A DNA stretch of 49,993 bases from contig MGGH01000005.1 in the NCBI GenBank assembly GCA_001792305.1, positions 1-49,993 of the forward strand. Direction: 5' to 3'. Below, piece after piece: positions 35,891 to 46,114 of the stretch. The notes beneath the pieces were generated by a model. It was not told where the DNA came from. It made no database searches and saw only the letters and a program-made list of their open reading frames with translations. Source of the stretch: Candidatus Woesebacteria bacterium RIFCSPHIGHO2_01_FULL_39_23. GTDB taxonomy: Bacteria > Patescibacteriota > Microgenomatia > UBA8517. Within the stretch, counting starts at the first letter, position 1, and each line of letters starts with the position of its first letter. Both the position numbers and the translations under genes were made by a program.

Positions 35891-37915
35891 TTAATTCATT
35901 GCAATGTCAGCAAGGTTGAGGTATTTGGTTATTTTTTTAAACATCTTAGGCTTTTTGTAAATCATTTGCGCGGCTTCTTTGGTGTCTTTAATCAAATTAA
36001 TATCCCCCCAACTTGCAATTTTAAGTTCCCCAAACCCATGCTGTTTAACACCCACAATTTCCCCCGGTCCCCTTATCTTGAGGTCAAGTTCGGCAAGCTC
36101 AAATCCGGACATTGAGCGTTCCATTGCTTTTAGTCTTTTAATGCTATTCCCGGAAATGGTTTTTGTAAAAAGGAGACAGTAGGACTGTTTATCTCCCCTA
36201 CCCACCCTGCCGCGTAACTGATGAAGTTGAGCTAAGCCAAATCTTTCGGATCCTTCAATTAGCATTACTGTTGCATTAGCTACATCTATTCCCACTTCGA
36301 CCACCGGCGTGGATACTAGAATGTCTATCTTCCCGTTTCGGAATAATTCAACAACCTTAAGTTTTTGGGTAGATATTAATTTTCCATGAAGAAGACCAAG
36401 GGTAAGGTTTGGGAAAACACTTTTGAGGGATTCGTATTCCGCAGTGGCTGCACGAATTTGTTGCATTGACTCAACAACACTTTCTTCAATTAAAGGACAT
36501 ATTACAAACGCTTGAATTTTTTCAAGTTTAATTAATTTTTCTATCCACACATACGCGGCTTGCCTTTTGATTTCAGGAACTATCCAGGTTTTTATCCTTT
36601 TACGGCCTTTAGGAAGCTCCTTTAAGGTTGAAAGATCCAGGTCCCCATAGACTGTGAGAGCAACGGTACGGGGTATGGGAGTCGCCGTCATTGTGAGTAC
36701 GTGTGGACTCTTTTTTTCTTTTTTAGACCTTTTAACTAAATGTGCTCGTTGTTCCACTCCGAACCTGTGTTGTTCATCTATGACAACTAGAGCTACGTTA
36801 TCAAGAATGACTTTTTTGTGAATTAGAGCGTGTGTGCCGACAAAAATATCAGTTTTACCAAGTGCCTTTTTTTGGGTTTCTGAGGTAATTAAAGATACTC
36901 GAATTTTGTATTTTCCAAAAAGATTGTTGAGTGTGTCGAAGTGTTGCTGCGCGAGAATTTGTGTTGGTGCCATGATGACTGTTTGTTTTTCGTTGATGAA
37001 AGATATAAAAGCTGCAATTGCTGCCACGACCGTTTTTCCGGAACCCACATCACCTTCTAATAATCTGTTCATTGGATAATTTTTTTCAAGGTCGGTCAGT
37101 ATTTCTTCAGCCGATTGTGTTTGAGATGGGGTAAGTGTAAAGGGGAGACTGTGAGTAAAATCTTTTATAATTTTTTTATCGACGATAAGTCTATAGGACG
37201 GCTTTGTGTTCTGCCAGTCATTTTTACGTATCAAGCTTTTAAAGTGAAGAAAAAGAAACTCGTTAAATGCTAATCTTTTTTTTGCAGAGGCGGCCTCACT
37301 TAGGCTTTCCGGAAAGTGCACCTTTTTATATGATGAGACAAGATCTTCTAAAGCATATTTACCCAAAATATCTCTCTCTAGAAATTCTTCTAAACTATCG
37401 CAAATTAAATCTAGAGCGGTGTGAATCTTGCTGCGAAGCCATTTCGACGATATACCCTTTGTTTCGGGGTAGACTGGCACTAGCCTTGCAGTATGAATTA
37501 GATAACGATTGTCTTTTATGATTTCATATTCAGGTGATGAAATAACAAGCTTATTACCTACTCTTTCAACAATACCTGAAAGGCAGACTTTACTTCCTTT
37601 GGGAATATTTCTGGGAATAAACCTTTGATTAAACCAAATTACGTTACAAACCCCAGTTTCGTCCGAAACAACGGCTTTTTGTACTACAAATCGTCTTCGG
37701 GTGTATTCGTTTTTAATTGAGTCGACATCGACGATAACACTTGCGGTTTCATTTGCTTTAAGACCCTTTATTTTTTTGATATTGGTAAAGTCTTTGTAAC
37801 GCCTTGGAATGTGGTTTATTAAGTCTTCAATGGTCTCAATCCGAAGCTTTTTAAGTTTTGCAAAGTATGATTGCCCGACAGTTGGGATATTGTAGACTGC
37901 GTCCGTCAATTTCAT
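35891..37915 (-). CDS. recG: ATP-dependent DNA helicase RecG
   Basis: Wedge/OB N-terminal domain, Walker A GDVGSGKT, DEQHRFG, and helicase C motifs (QLRGRVGRG). TTGCAA-16-TATAAG (37949-37922) ends 6 nt before the ATG. Confidence 0.95.
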   Translation of the reverse strand: MKLTDAVYNIPTVGQSYFAKLKKLRIETIEDLINHIPRRYKDFTNIKKIKGLKANETASVIVDVDSIKNEYTRRRFVVQKAVVSDETGVCNVIWFNQRFIPRNIPKGSKVCLSGIVERVGNKLVISSPEYEIIKDNRYLIHTARLVPVYPETKGISSKWLRSKIHTALDLICDSLEEFLERDILGKYALEDLVSSYKKVHFPESLSEAASAKKRLAFNEFLFLHFKSLIRKNDWQNTKPSYRLIVDKKIIKDFTHSLPFTLTPSQTQSAEEILTDLEKNYPMNRLLEGDVGSGKTVVAAIAAFISFINEKQTVIMAPTQILAQQHFDTLNNLFGKYKIRVSLITSETQKKALGKTDIFVGTHALIHKKVILDNVALVVIDEQHRFGVEQRAHLVKRSKKEKKSPHVLTMTATPIPRTVALTVYGDLDLSTLKELPKGRKRIKTWIVPEIKRQAAYVWIEKLIKLEKIQAFVICPLIEESVVESMQQIRAATAEYESLKSVFPNLTLGLLHGKLISTQKLKVVELFRNGKIDILVSTPVVEVGIDVANATVMLIEGSERFGLAQLHQLRGRVGRGDKQSYCLLFTKTISGNSIKRLKAMERSMSGFELAELDLKIRGPGEIVGVKQHGFGELKIASWGDINLIKDTKEAAQMIYKKPKMFKKITKYLNLADIAMN

Positions 37916-37978
37916 ATCTCACTTATACCCATTTTACTTTAATTTGCAAATAAAAACAGCAAAATGGGAGATCAAAAT

Positions 37979-38009
37979 CACTAACGAGAATTGCAAATTC
38001 GAGTTAGTG
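37979..38009 (-). terminator. Hairpin after tyrS and its coupled small ORF
   Basis: CACTAAC-gag-AATT-gca-AATT-cga-GTTAGTG: 12 bp with a 2x2 internal loop, followed on the minus strand by AUUUUGAU. Confidence 0.4.
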
Positions 38010-38013
38010 GAGT

Positions 38014-38115
38014 TTACAAATATCCAAGAAAGGGAAGGAAGGTGGTAAGTAAAAGTGCAAGACTTGCAATGACTGTCAAGATCATAAAAAACTTTTTTGA
38101 TTTTGTTCCACTCAT
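38014..38115 (-). CDS. Possible 33-aa hydrophobic peptide translationally coupled to tyrS
   Basis: ATGA overlap with the tyrS stop (38112-38115). Translation is MSGTKSKKFFMILTVIASLALLLTTFLPFLGYL. There is no independent support. Confidence 0.3.
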   Translation of the reverse strand: MSGTKSKKFFMILTVIASLALLLTTFLPFLGYL

Positions 38116-39290
38116 TGACTGTATTTTACTTTAGCGAATTTTCTTTTGCCGATTTTAAGGTGTACCCAATCGGTTATATCGATTTCTTGTCGGGGATTAT
38201 TGATTGTTTTACCCGATACCACGATCGCGCCTTGCTTTATTAACCGTTTGGCTTCGGAGTTACTTTTGACAAGTTGTGTCGAGCTGATAAGTTCCAAGAG
38301 TGGGAGTTTTTTAGAAGGTAAAAAATGCTCTGGGATTGATGATGGAAGTTCTCTTTGTGAGAAGACTTTATCAAAATTTTCTTGCGCTTTTTGCGCTTCC
38401 ATTTTTCCCCAAACCAATCTGACTATTTCAATGGCGAGCCTTTTCTTTTGAAGAAACGGATTTTGTCTAATCTTCTCTGATAACCCTTCCGGTTTCTCCT
38501 CTGTCAATAATTCAAAAGCTAACTCAATTACTTGATCTGGGATTGACATTATTCCTCCGTAAAACTCTTCGGGGCCTGAAGATAAAAATAATGCATTGCC
38601 GCTGGTCTTACCGACTTTGTTACCCTCTTTATCTACAAGAAGTTTTGTTGCCAACACATAACCCTCCTTACCTTTCATGGCTTTCATGAGGGATCTTCCG
38701 GCCATCATATTGAACAATTGATCGTTTCCTCCGATCTCGAGGTCGACGTCCATTGCTACAAAGTCGTAACCCTGCGCCACAGGATATAAAAACTCATGCA
38801 AGAAAATTGGTTTACCAACCTTGATTCTTGCTTGGAACATATCTCGTTCTATCATTTGTTGAACTGTAAAGTTCGAGGTAATGTCTATTAGATCTTTGAA
38901 GGAAATTTTGTCATTCCACTCTGAGTTAAACTTAATCTCGACTGGATTATCTCCGTCAAAGGTTAAAAGATTTTTGATTTGGTTTTTCCAATTTTTTGCA
39001 TTTTCCAAAACCTTTTCCCTGGTTAGTTGTTTTCTTACTGCCAATTTGTCTGTCGGATCCCCTATCATTCCAGTAAAATCCCCGACTAGGAAAATTACCT
39101 TGTGGCCAAGCTTCTGAAACTGTCTTAATTTCATAACACCCACAAGGTTTCCAAGATGAAGAGATGGCATTGAAGGATCAAAACCTTGATAAAGAGTAAT
39201 TCTCTTCTCTTTCATCAGTTTTGCTAGCCTCGCTTTTGATGGCAATACCTCCTCAACGCCGCGAGTTAAGAGGTCATCAATTTTATTCAT
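38112..39290 (-). CDS. tyrS: Tyrosyl-tRNA synthetase
   Basis: Class I HIGH-type motif (PSLHLGNLV), KMSKS-equivalent KVGKTSG, and a C-terminal S4 domain. Confidence 0.95.
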   Translation of the reverse strand: MNKIDDLLTRGVEEVLPSKARLAKLMKEKRITLYQGFDPSMPSLHLGNLVGVMKLRQFQKLGHKVIFLVGDFTGMIGDPTDKLAVRKQLTREKVLENAKNWKNQIKNLLTFDGDNPVEIKFNSEWNDKISFKDLIDITSNFTVQQMIERDMFQARIKVGKPIFLHEFLYPVAQGYDFVAMDVDLEIGGNDQLFNMMAGRSLMKAMKGKEGYVLATKLLVDKEGNKVGKTSGNALFLSSGPEEFYGGIMSIPDQVIELAFELLTEEKPEGLSEKIRQNPFLQKKRLAIEIVRLVWGKMEAQKAQENFDKVFSQRELPSSIPEHFLPSKKLPLLELISSTQLVKSNSEAKRLIKQGAIVVSGKTINNPRQEIDITDWVHLKIGKRKFAKVKYSQ

Positions 39291-39304
39291 AAACAGAGTT
39301 TATG

Positions 39305-39363
39305 GACAAGCTTTGCTTATCCATATTACTTTTGATTCTAAACCTTAAAGATATAATCGTCAA
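39305..39363 (-). promoter_or_regulatory. tyrS promoter plus 5-prime-terminal stem-loop
   Basis: On the minus strand: TTGACG (39363-39358), 17 nt, TAGAAT (39340-39335), about 10 nt, then hairpin ATGGAtAAGC-aaa-GCTTgTCCAT, then 11 nt to the ATG. No SD. Confidence 0.45.
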
Positions 39364-39401
39364 AATTTGTTATTGATTAAGCCATTTTGTAAAATTATTC
39401 A

Positions 39402-41999
39402 ATGGTTAGATGGAAAAAAGTGAAAAGGTATAAGTATCAACAACACCTGTTAGATTATAAAGGTAAAACTAAATCTACAAAGCTTTTAACTATTGCGAAG
39501 TTTATATTCTTAAGTGTAGTTGTTGGCTTGGTTGGTTTTTTTGTGATTATTACAGTATTTTCCTTTACTTTACCCCCACCTGATCAAATCGTACGAAGGA
39601 TTGGTTTTTCGACTAAAATACTTGATAGAAACGGTAAGATACTATATGACATTTTTACCGATCAGAAAAGGACAAAAGTTAACCTAGATCAAGTTTCTGA
39701 CTGGGCTAAAAAAGCCACCATTTCAATTGAAGACAAAAATTTCTATCAACATCAAGGTTTTGATCCGACTGGTTATGCCAGGGCAATTTTTAACATAATT
39801 TTCCGTGGCAAACTTCAGGGTGGCTCGACACTGACTCAGCAACTTGTTAAAAATGTGCTTCTATCTCCCGAAAGAACAATTTTACGCAAAATTAAAGAAT
39901 TCGTCCTAACTGTGCAGGTTGAGCAGAGATATTCAAAAGATGAGATCTTGGAGCTTTATTTGAATGAGATGCCCTATGGTGGTACAGCATTTGGCATAGA
40001 AGCGGCCGCAGAAACATATTTTGGCAAAAGCGCTAGAGATTTAAACCTTGCTGAAGCAGCGATTCTAGCTGGGCTTCCTCAAAGGCCTTCCTATTATTCT
40101 CCCTACACAGGAGAAAGTGGCGCTTATGTTAGTAGAGCCGAATCGGTTCTTCGAAGGCTTAAAGAAGACGGTCATATAAGAGTTGACCAAGAGGAAGAGG
40201 CCAAAAAAAGTCTTTCGGAGGTAAAGATAAATCCAAGGAGTGCATCATTTAAAGCTCCTCACTTTGTGCAATACGTACAGAGAGAATTGGAAGATAGATT
40301 TGGAGAGTCGGTTGTTGAGTCGGGAGGGTTAAAGGTTACAACTACATTAGACTTAAGTTTACAAGAAGCAGCTCAACAGGTGGTTGCCGAAGAGATAGAA
40401 AAAGTTGAGAGTTTAAATATAACCAACGGAGCAGCAATTGTGTCTGACCCACAGACAGGCGAAATTCTGGCTATGGTTGGATCTAAAGATTTCTCTGCTT
40501 CGGATTACGATGGACAAGTTAATGTAACTTTGTCCCTTCGCCAACCTGGATCTGCAATTAAGCCTGTTACATACGTGACTGGTCTTAAAAAAGGTTATAC
40601 GGCGTCGACGTTGATTATGGACGTGCCCACTACTTTTCCGGGTGGAGTAAATCAACCCGACTATAATCCAGTAAATTATGACGGTAAATATAGAGGTCCT
40701 GTGCAAGTGCGATACGCTCTGGCAAATTCTATTAATATGCCAGCTGTTAAAATGCTTGCTATGGTGGGTATTAAAAATGTTCTTGAGACTGCATATGACT
40801 TGGGAATATCAACTCTTGAGCCTACAAACGACACGCTAAGTCGCGTGGGTTTGTCCCTTACTTTGGGTGGAGGCGAAGTTAAATTACTTGAGTTGACCAA
40901 CGCTTATAACGCTTTTGTAAATGAAGGTAGAAGAACAGATCCTGTTACAATACTAAAAGTTGAAGATGGCACCGGAAAAATATTGGAAGAAAATGATCCT
41001 AAAACTGGTCGACAAGTGATGTCTCCCGAGGAAGCATATATAATCGCCGATATTTTATCCGATAATGATGCACGTTCAGCTATATTTGGCACAAATTCAC
41101 TTCTTAATATTGCCGGCCGGAAGATAGCTGTTAAAACCGGTACGACTAATGATAAAAGAGACAATTGGACTCTAGGTGGAAACCCTTCGGTAATGGTTGG
41201 AGTTTGGGTTGGTAACAATGACAACAGCCATATGAAGCAAGTAGCCTCAGGCGTGTCTGGGGCTTCGCCTATTTGGAGAAGAATACTTCTTAATGCTTTG
41301 GAGGCTAAGCAAAATAAGACGACAGACGCGCCAAGCTCAATTGTGACTGTTAGTGTGGATATCTTATCTGGATACCGGGCTCATGACGGTTTTCCCTCGA
41401 GGACTGAAATATTTATAAAGGGAACGGAACCGGTTGATGACCAAGTTCACGTTAAGCTCAAAGTCTGTAAGGCTGACGGAAAGCTTGCAACGCCATCAGA
41501 CATTGCAAGGGGGGACTTCGAAGAAAAAGAATTTTATATATTTAAAGAGGAAGATCCGACTGCTGCCCCAGGACAGCCAAATAGGTGGCAGGAAGGAATA
41601 CTTAATTGGTTAAATACTCAACCGGATCCTAAGTACCATCCACCGAGTGACTATTGCGGGATTGAAAATCCTGTAAACGTAGATTTTATGAGTCCTCATG
41701 ACTTAGATTCAAATTTACCTGGGACTTTCAAAATGAAAGTAACCGCTGACTCAAGTTATAAAATTACTTTAGTAGAATTCGAAGTGGATGGATTTAAAGT
41801 AAGAAGCTTTGACGGTCTGCCTTTTGAATATGATTTAACCCTAGAAAAAGGTACCCACGAACTAAGAGCTCTCGCCCGCGACGAAAAAGGGAATGTGTCT
41901 GACAGAAAGATTAAAGTAGGAGTTGGGGTTCCTTGGGATGCCACAGCTACACCATCTCCTACGTCTAATCTTTCCCCATCTCCCACGCCAACTACCTAA
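39402..41999 (+). CDS. Class A penicillin-binding protein (transglycosylase/transpeptidase) with C-terminal Ig-like domain and Pro/Ser/Thr tail
   Basis: GT51 motifs EDKNFYQHQGFD and GGSTLTQQLVKN. Transpeptidase motifs SAIKP, SIN and KTGTT. TTGTTA-17-TAAAAT (39367-39395) ends 6 nt before the ATG. Confidence 0.92.
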   Translation: MVRWKKVKRYKYQQHLLDYKGKTKSTKLLTIAKFIFLSVVVGLVGFFVIITVFSFTLPPPDQIVRRIGFSTKILDRNGKILYDIFTDQKRTKVNLDQVSDWAKKATISIEDKNFYQHQGFDPTGYARAIFNIIFRGKLQGGSTLTQQLVKNVLLSPERTILRKIKEFVLTVQVEQRYSKDEILELYLNEMPYGGTAFGIEAAAETYFGKSARDLNLAEAAILAGLPQRPSYYSPYTGESGAYVSRAESVLRRLKEDGHIRVDQEEEAKKSLSEVKINPRSASFKAPHFVQYVQRELEDRFGESVVESGGLKVTTTLDLSLQEAAQQVVAEEIEKVESLNITNGAAIVSDPQTGEILAMVGSKDFSASDYDGQVNVTLSLRQPGSAIKPVTYVTGLKKGYTASTLIMDVPTTFPGGVNQPDYNPVNYDGKYRGPVQVRYALANSINMPAVKMLAMVGIKNVLETAYDLGISTLEPTNDTLSRVGLSLTLGGGEVKLLELTNAYNAFVNEGRRTDPVTILKVEDGTGKILEENDPKTGRQVMSPEEAYIIADILSDNDARSAIFGTNSLLNIAGRKIAVKTGTTNDKRDNWTLGGNPSVMVGVWVGNNDNSHMKQVASGVSGASPIWRRILLNALEAKQNKTTDAPSSIVTVSVDILSGYRAHDGFPSRTEIFIKGTEPVDDQVHVKLKVCKADGKLATPSDIARGDFEEKEFYIFKEEDPTAAPGQPNRWQEGILNWLNTQPDPKYHPPSDYCGIENPVNVDFMSPHDLDSNLPGTFKMKVTADSSYKITLVEFEVDGFKVRSFDGLPFEYDLTLEKGTHELRALARDEKGNVSDRKIKVGVGVPWDATATPSPTSNLSPSPTPTT

Positions 42000-43955
42000 T
42001 TATTCTTTTATAATGGCTCTAAACCTTTGTTTAATTAAATGAAGTAAAGACTTTCGAGATTTTTCGACTTCCTTATCGGTTAATGTTTTACTTGGATGCT
42101 GATACCAGATTCTAAATGTGTAATAACCTTCATATGTGTCAATCAATTGTACATCAGCTACATATTTAGTATTTTTAATTAACGATAAAACATCTCCAAC
42201 TTTTGTATTAGTGCGGACTGACAAGGTTATGTCTTCTATTTGAGGTGGAAAATTTGGCCAAAGTTGAGCAGTTGGGTTTTGGGCCTTTCCAAGGAGCAAA
42301 TCAAGATCTATTTCGCAGTAAAAGATATTTCCAAATTCCCCTCCAAGACCAAAAATTGTTTTTTCCAGCGAGATACTATATGTGTTAATAAGTTTGGGAT
42401 TGTTGATTTGTTGATTGTCAAAAGTTAAGTTCTCAATATTAGTTTTGGTTAGAAGCGATTCCAACAGTCCTTTGAATTTGGCAAATACTTCACTGTCTTT
42501 ACTCCAGGAAATGAGCCCGAGTTTCCTTTTTTCTTCGTAGTGAGTTTTTTGCTTGAAATAGATCTTACCGATTTCAAAAAATTGGGCTGCCGTGCCTCTT
42601 TCGTTAATTACTTTTTGGGTAACTTCGAGCAAGTTAGCTAAAAGTGTAGTTCTTAATATTTCTGTGTCTTGAGAGGGTCGATTTACGATTTTGACAGGAG
42701 ATGCATTGGGATGTTCCATATTTTTATTAAACTCCTGGTATTTCTCGTTTACGAATGACGAAGTAATTATCTCATCTAACCCAACTTCCGTAGCGGCTAA
42801 CTTTAGCTCTTGTTCTTGACTTATGTATTCAGGTGTTACATAAGAGGGAATTTCCAAGGAAAGCGTTCTGGTTGGGATGTTGTCGTAACCTTCAATCCTT
42901 AATATCTCTTCGATTAAATCTTCCTCTAAAGTGACGTCTGTTCGAAATGTTGGGCAAATTACTTCCAAACCGTTATTACTTTCTTTTTTAATTTTGAAAC
43001 TCAGCCTATTTAGGATATTTTTAACTTTGTTAGTGTCGAGTTTTAACCCGCCAAGAGTTTCAAGATAATCATAATTTAAATTAACCGTCCAGGGCTTAAC
43101 CGGTTTTGGATAATAGTCAAAAACATGTGGATCTATTTGTCCCCAGTTATTTTTATCAACTAAGTATAGAAACCTGTAAACTCCTTTCTCGACAATGTTG
43201 GGGTCAAGTTCTTTTTCATGTCTTAATCCGGCGTCCGTTAATAAATTGTGTCTGTAGATTGTGCGTCTGATGTTTGCTCTGTCGTAGCTGGCGGCTTCAA
43301 GGAGTACGTTTTTTGTACTTTCGGAAATTGAGTGGTACTTTTCCCCAATTGAGCCAGCAATGGAGAGGACCTCCCTTTTATTTGCCCAGACCAAATCTTC
43401 TTTGTTTAGGGTTACAGTTTTACCTAGAAATGTTGTGACTTTCTCATTTTCGACTGCTTTTCGTATTTCAAGGTGGTTGCCTATTTTGTCTAAATCGAAC
43501 GCATGCATTGGCTGCCCCGTTTCAAGCATTACAAAATTTGTCAGATCCACGATGTTATTTATCGAGTCAATGCCGTATGCCTGAATGGGCTTCTTGAGCC
43601 AATCAGGAGACTGTTTTATTTGTACATTTTTAATTACAACCATCATGGCTCTGTTGACAAAAGAAGAATTAATTTGCAAGCTAACCTCTTTTAAATTACT
43701 TTTTTTTAGTAGAGATTTATAACTTTCAGGTAGCTTAACTGGTGTGTCAAATAATGCGGATACTTCTCTGGCAATTCCGATTAGGCAGTAGCAGTCTGCT
43801 CTATTTCCTCTAAGTTCCAAATCAACCACATCGTCACCGTTTACTTTTTCCGTTTTGTCTAGCATGTGACCAGCTAATGTTAACGCTTCGGTTAAAACAG
43901 ATGTCTTGCTTGGCAATTTTACATACTTATTAAGCCATTTAAGTGGTATTTTCAT
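42000..43955 (-). CDS. pheT: Phenylalanyl-tRNA synthetase beta subunit (short form; appears to lack the OB tRNA-binding insert)
   Basis: MKIPLKWLNKYV start, with B3/4, B5 and a C-terminal FDX-ACB-like domain. It follows pheS. Confidence 0.93.
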   Translation of the reverse strand: MKIPLKWLNKYVKLPSKTSVLTEALTLAGHMLDKTEKVNGDDVVDLELRGNRADCYCLIGIAREVSALFDTPVKLPESYKSLLKKSNLKEVSLQINSSFVNRAMMVVIKNVQIKQSPDWLKKPIQAYGIDSINNIVDLTNFVMLETGQPMHAFDLDKIGNHLEIRKAVENEKVTTFLGKTVTLNKEDLVWANKREVLSIAGSIGEKYHSISESTKNVLLEAASYDRANIRRTIYRHNLLTDAGLRHEKELDPNIVEKGVYRFLYLVDKNNWGQIDPHVFDYYPKPVKPWTVNLNYDYLETLGGLKLDTNKVKNILNRLSFKIKKESNNGLEVICPTFRTDVTLEEDLIEEILRIEGYDNIPTRTLSLEIPSYVTPEYISQEQELKLAATEVGLDEIITSSFVNEKYQEFNKNMEHPNASPVKIVNRPSQDTEILRTTLLANLLEVTQKVINERGTAAQFFEIGKIYFKQKTHYEEKRKLGLISWSKDSEVFAKFKGLLESLLTKTNIENLTFDNQQINNPKLINTYSISLEKTIFGLGGEFGNIFYCEIDLDLLLGKAQNPTAQLWPNFPPQIEDITLSVRTNTKVGDVLSLIKNTKYVADVQLIDTYEGYYTFRIWYQHPSKTLTDKEVEKSRKSLLHLIKQRFRAIIKE

Positions 43956-43958
43956 AAT

Positions 43959-44951
43959 TTAATATTTAATATCGCCGTTATACAAACTTCTAATATCTTT
44001 AATTTTAAATTTGTCCATGACAATCCTGTCTAGGCCCATCCCAAATGCGAACCCCGTTATCTTTTTTGGGCTATGGCCAAAATTCTTTAATATATTCGGA
44101 TGAATCATTCCGCAGCCTAAGATTTCTAGCCATCCTCGTCCCTTGCAGACAGCACAGCCTAATTGTTTGCAAAATGGGCAATCGACATCCAGACCTCCGC
44201 CAGGCTCAACTTCAGGATAATACTTACATCTAAATCTGATCTTTCTATGCTTTCCAAAAAAAGATTTCACAAAATAGTAAAGAGTTCCTTTAAGATCAGC
44301 CATTGAAATACCCTTTTGCAATGCGACTCCTTGAAATTGGTAAAACATTACATTGTTGCTTGCGTTGACCTTTTCATATCTGAATGATTTGCCGGCAACA
44401 GCAATTCGGAAAGGTGGCTTCAGGTTTTCAAGAGCTCGAGATTCTACTGATGAAGTATGGCTTCGAAGCAGTACCTCGGGTTCTTCTATATAAAGAACAT
44501 CCTGAAGGCTTCTTGCCGGGTGGTCTTTGGGTAAATTTAATTTCTCGAAGTTATATTGGTCGGTTTCAATTTCAGGACCTTCCATAATTGAAAAGCCCAA
44601 ATGTTTAAATATTTCAAACATTTCGTTTATGACAATGGTAGTTGGGTGAAGATGTCCGAGTTTGGGTTTAATTCCCGGAATTGTTGGGTCGAAACTGGTT
44701 TTTGTTTTAGGTTTAGAATTTGCGAGCTTATTCTCTATAACGATTTTGATAGTTTGTTTAGTTTCGTTTATCAGTCTGCCTATTTCTTTTCGCTCTTCTA
44801 TTGGAACCTTTTCAATAGATTTTAGGAGCTCATTAATTTTTCCTTTTCTACCAAGATATTCTATTCTGATCGACTCAAGCTCGTGGGTATCGGTGACATC
44901 AGTAATTCTTCCTATTGCAAGATTTTTAATATTAATTATCTCTTCACGCAC
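43959..44951 (-). CDS. pheS: Phenylalanyl-tRNA synthetase alpha subunit
   Basis: GTG start. Class II motifs include HPARSLQDVLY and GFAFGMGLDRIVM. Confidence 0.95.
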   Translation of the reverse strand: MREEIINIKNLAIGRITDVTDTHELESIRIEYLGRKGKINELLKSIEKVPIEERKEIGRLINETKQTIKIVIENKLANSKPKTKTSFDPTIPGIKPKLGHLHPTTIVINEMFEIFKHLGFSIMEGPEIETDQYNFEKLNLPKDHPARSLQDVLYIEEPEVLLRSHTSSVESRALENLKPPFRIAVAGKSFRYEKVNASNNVMFYQFQGVALQKGISMADLKGTLYYFVKSFFGKHRKIRFRCKYYPEVEPGGGLDVDCPFCKQLGCAVCKGRGWLEILGCGMIHPNILKNFGHSPKKITGFAFGMGLDRIVMDKFKIKDIRSLYNGDIKY

Positions 44952-44969
44952 TCTTGAAGTTATTTTATA

Positions 44970-45017
44970 CCAATTTTACTGCTATTTGAACAGTAAAATA
45001 GTAAAATTGGGGATCAT
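44970..45017 (-). promoter_or_regulatory. Alternative-pairing element and 11-codon mini-ORF between rplT and pheS
   Basis: On the minus strand, CCAATTTTACT (45010-45000), ATTTTACTG (44999-44991) and CAGTAAAATTGG (44981-44970) are present. The third segment can pair with either of the first two. A mini-ORF encoding MIPNFTILLFK* lies at 45017-44982. Confidence 0.35.
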
Positions 45018-45023
45018 AAACTC

Positions 45024-45386
45024 TCACGAGAGTTTAGAACTCGAGTTAGAGGAGTATACTCTAGAGACAATTTCTTTAAAAGTATCAGGGTCGGCCACTG
45101 CAATGTCGGCTAAGATTTTGCGGTCGAGGGCGATTTTATTGCTTTTTAGACCTGCGATAAACTTGGAGTAGCTAATCCCGTTTTGTCGGACAGCTGCATT
45201 AAGACGTGTGATCCAAAGTTTTCTTAAATCTCGCTTTCTTAATCTTCTACCAATATATGAATATTGGCCAGCGTGAAGCACTGCTTCTTTGGCGGCGCCA
45301 AATCTTCTTCTTTTGGCATGCTTGAAGCCCTTTGCCATCTCTCTTATTTTTTTATGTTTAGTCTCTATACTTTTAACTCTTGTCAT
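45024..45386 (-). CDS. rplT: 50S ribosomal protein L20
   Basis: [27 protein letters not shown]... is typical of L20. Confidence 0.96.
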   Translation of the reverse strand: MTRVKSIETKHKKIREMAKGFKHAKRRRFGAAKEAVLHAGQYSYIGRRLRKRDLRKLWITRLNAAVRQNGISYSKFIAGLKSNKIALDRKILADIAVADPDTFKEIVSRVYSSNSSSKLS

Positions 45387-45387
45387 G

Positions 45388-45582
45388 TTAAAAACCTAGT
45401 GCCTTTTTAATTTTTTTGGCATAAAAACCCTTTATTTCAACAACCCTTTTAAGATTTTTAAGTCTGCTTTTTGACTTACCCGCTTTAAGGTGTCTTCGGA
45501 AAGACTGTCTCCGCAAGACTTTTCCTTTAGGCGTGATTTTAAAGCGTCTAGCTATCGATTTTCTTGTTTTCTGTTTCGGCAT
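45388..45582 (-). CDS. rpmI: 50S ribosomal protein L35
   Basis: [25 protein letters not shown]... is typical of L35. Confidence 0.95.
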   Translation of the reverse strand: MPKQKTRKSIARRFKITPKGKVLRRQSFRRHLKAGKSKSRLKNLKRVVEIKGFYAKKIKKALGF

Positions 45583-46114
45583 TTTTTATTTCGCCCCTTT
45601 TCTTTTTTACAGGTGAAATTATAGCAGATAAGTGACGCCCTAACATTTTTGGCTCCATATCTACAACGATTCTTTCTTTAAATCCATTTATTAATTTTTC
45701 AATAAGCTTGTAGCCAAAATTCGTTTTAGCCATGTATCTACCTTTGAAAACTACAGCTATTTTTACTTTGTGCCCAAGGTCGAGAAATTCCCTTACACGG
45801 TTTTTCCTTACTTCAAAATCCGCATCCCCTATAAAAGGTGAAAAGCGTATTTCTTTAAGTTCAGCAGGTTTTGCTTTCTTGCTTTCCTTTTTAAATTTTT
45901 TTTCTTGGCTGTACTTAAATTTTCCAAAATCCACAATTTTGACAACAGGAGGTTTTGCACCTGGTGCAATTTCAACTAGGTCAAGTTTCTCATCTTTTGC
46001 CTTAACTAATGCATCGGAGATAGAAACAATTCCTATTTGTTTTCCACTTGACCCAATAAGCCTTACACTGCTCGCTCTAATATTCTCGTTAAGTTTCCAA
46101 AAAGGTTTGTTCAA
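45548..46114 (-). CDS. infC: Translation initiation factor IF-3
   Basis: NENIRASSVRLIGSSGKQIGIVS...LDLVEI N-domain and a C-domain. There is no ATG start: TTG at 46114, or the in-frame ATT at 46129. The 3-prime end overlaps rpmI by 35 nt. Confidence 0.93.
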   Translation of the reverse strand: MNKPFWKLNENIRASSVRLIGSSGKQIGIVSISDALVKAKDEKLDLVEIAPGAKPPVVKIVDFGKFKYSQEKKFKKESKKAKPAELKEIRFSPFIGDADFEVRKNRVREFLDLGHKVKIAVVFKGRYMAKTNFGYKLIEKLINGFKERIVVDMEPKMLGRHLSAIISPVKKKRGEIKNAETENKKIDS

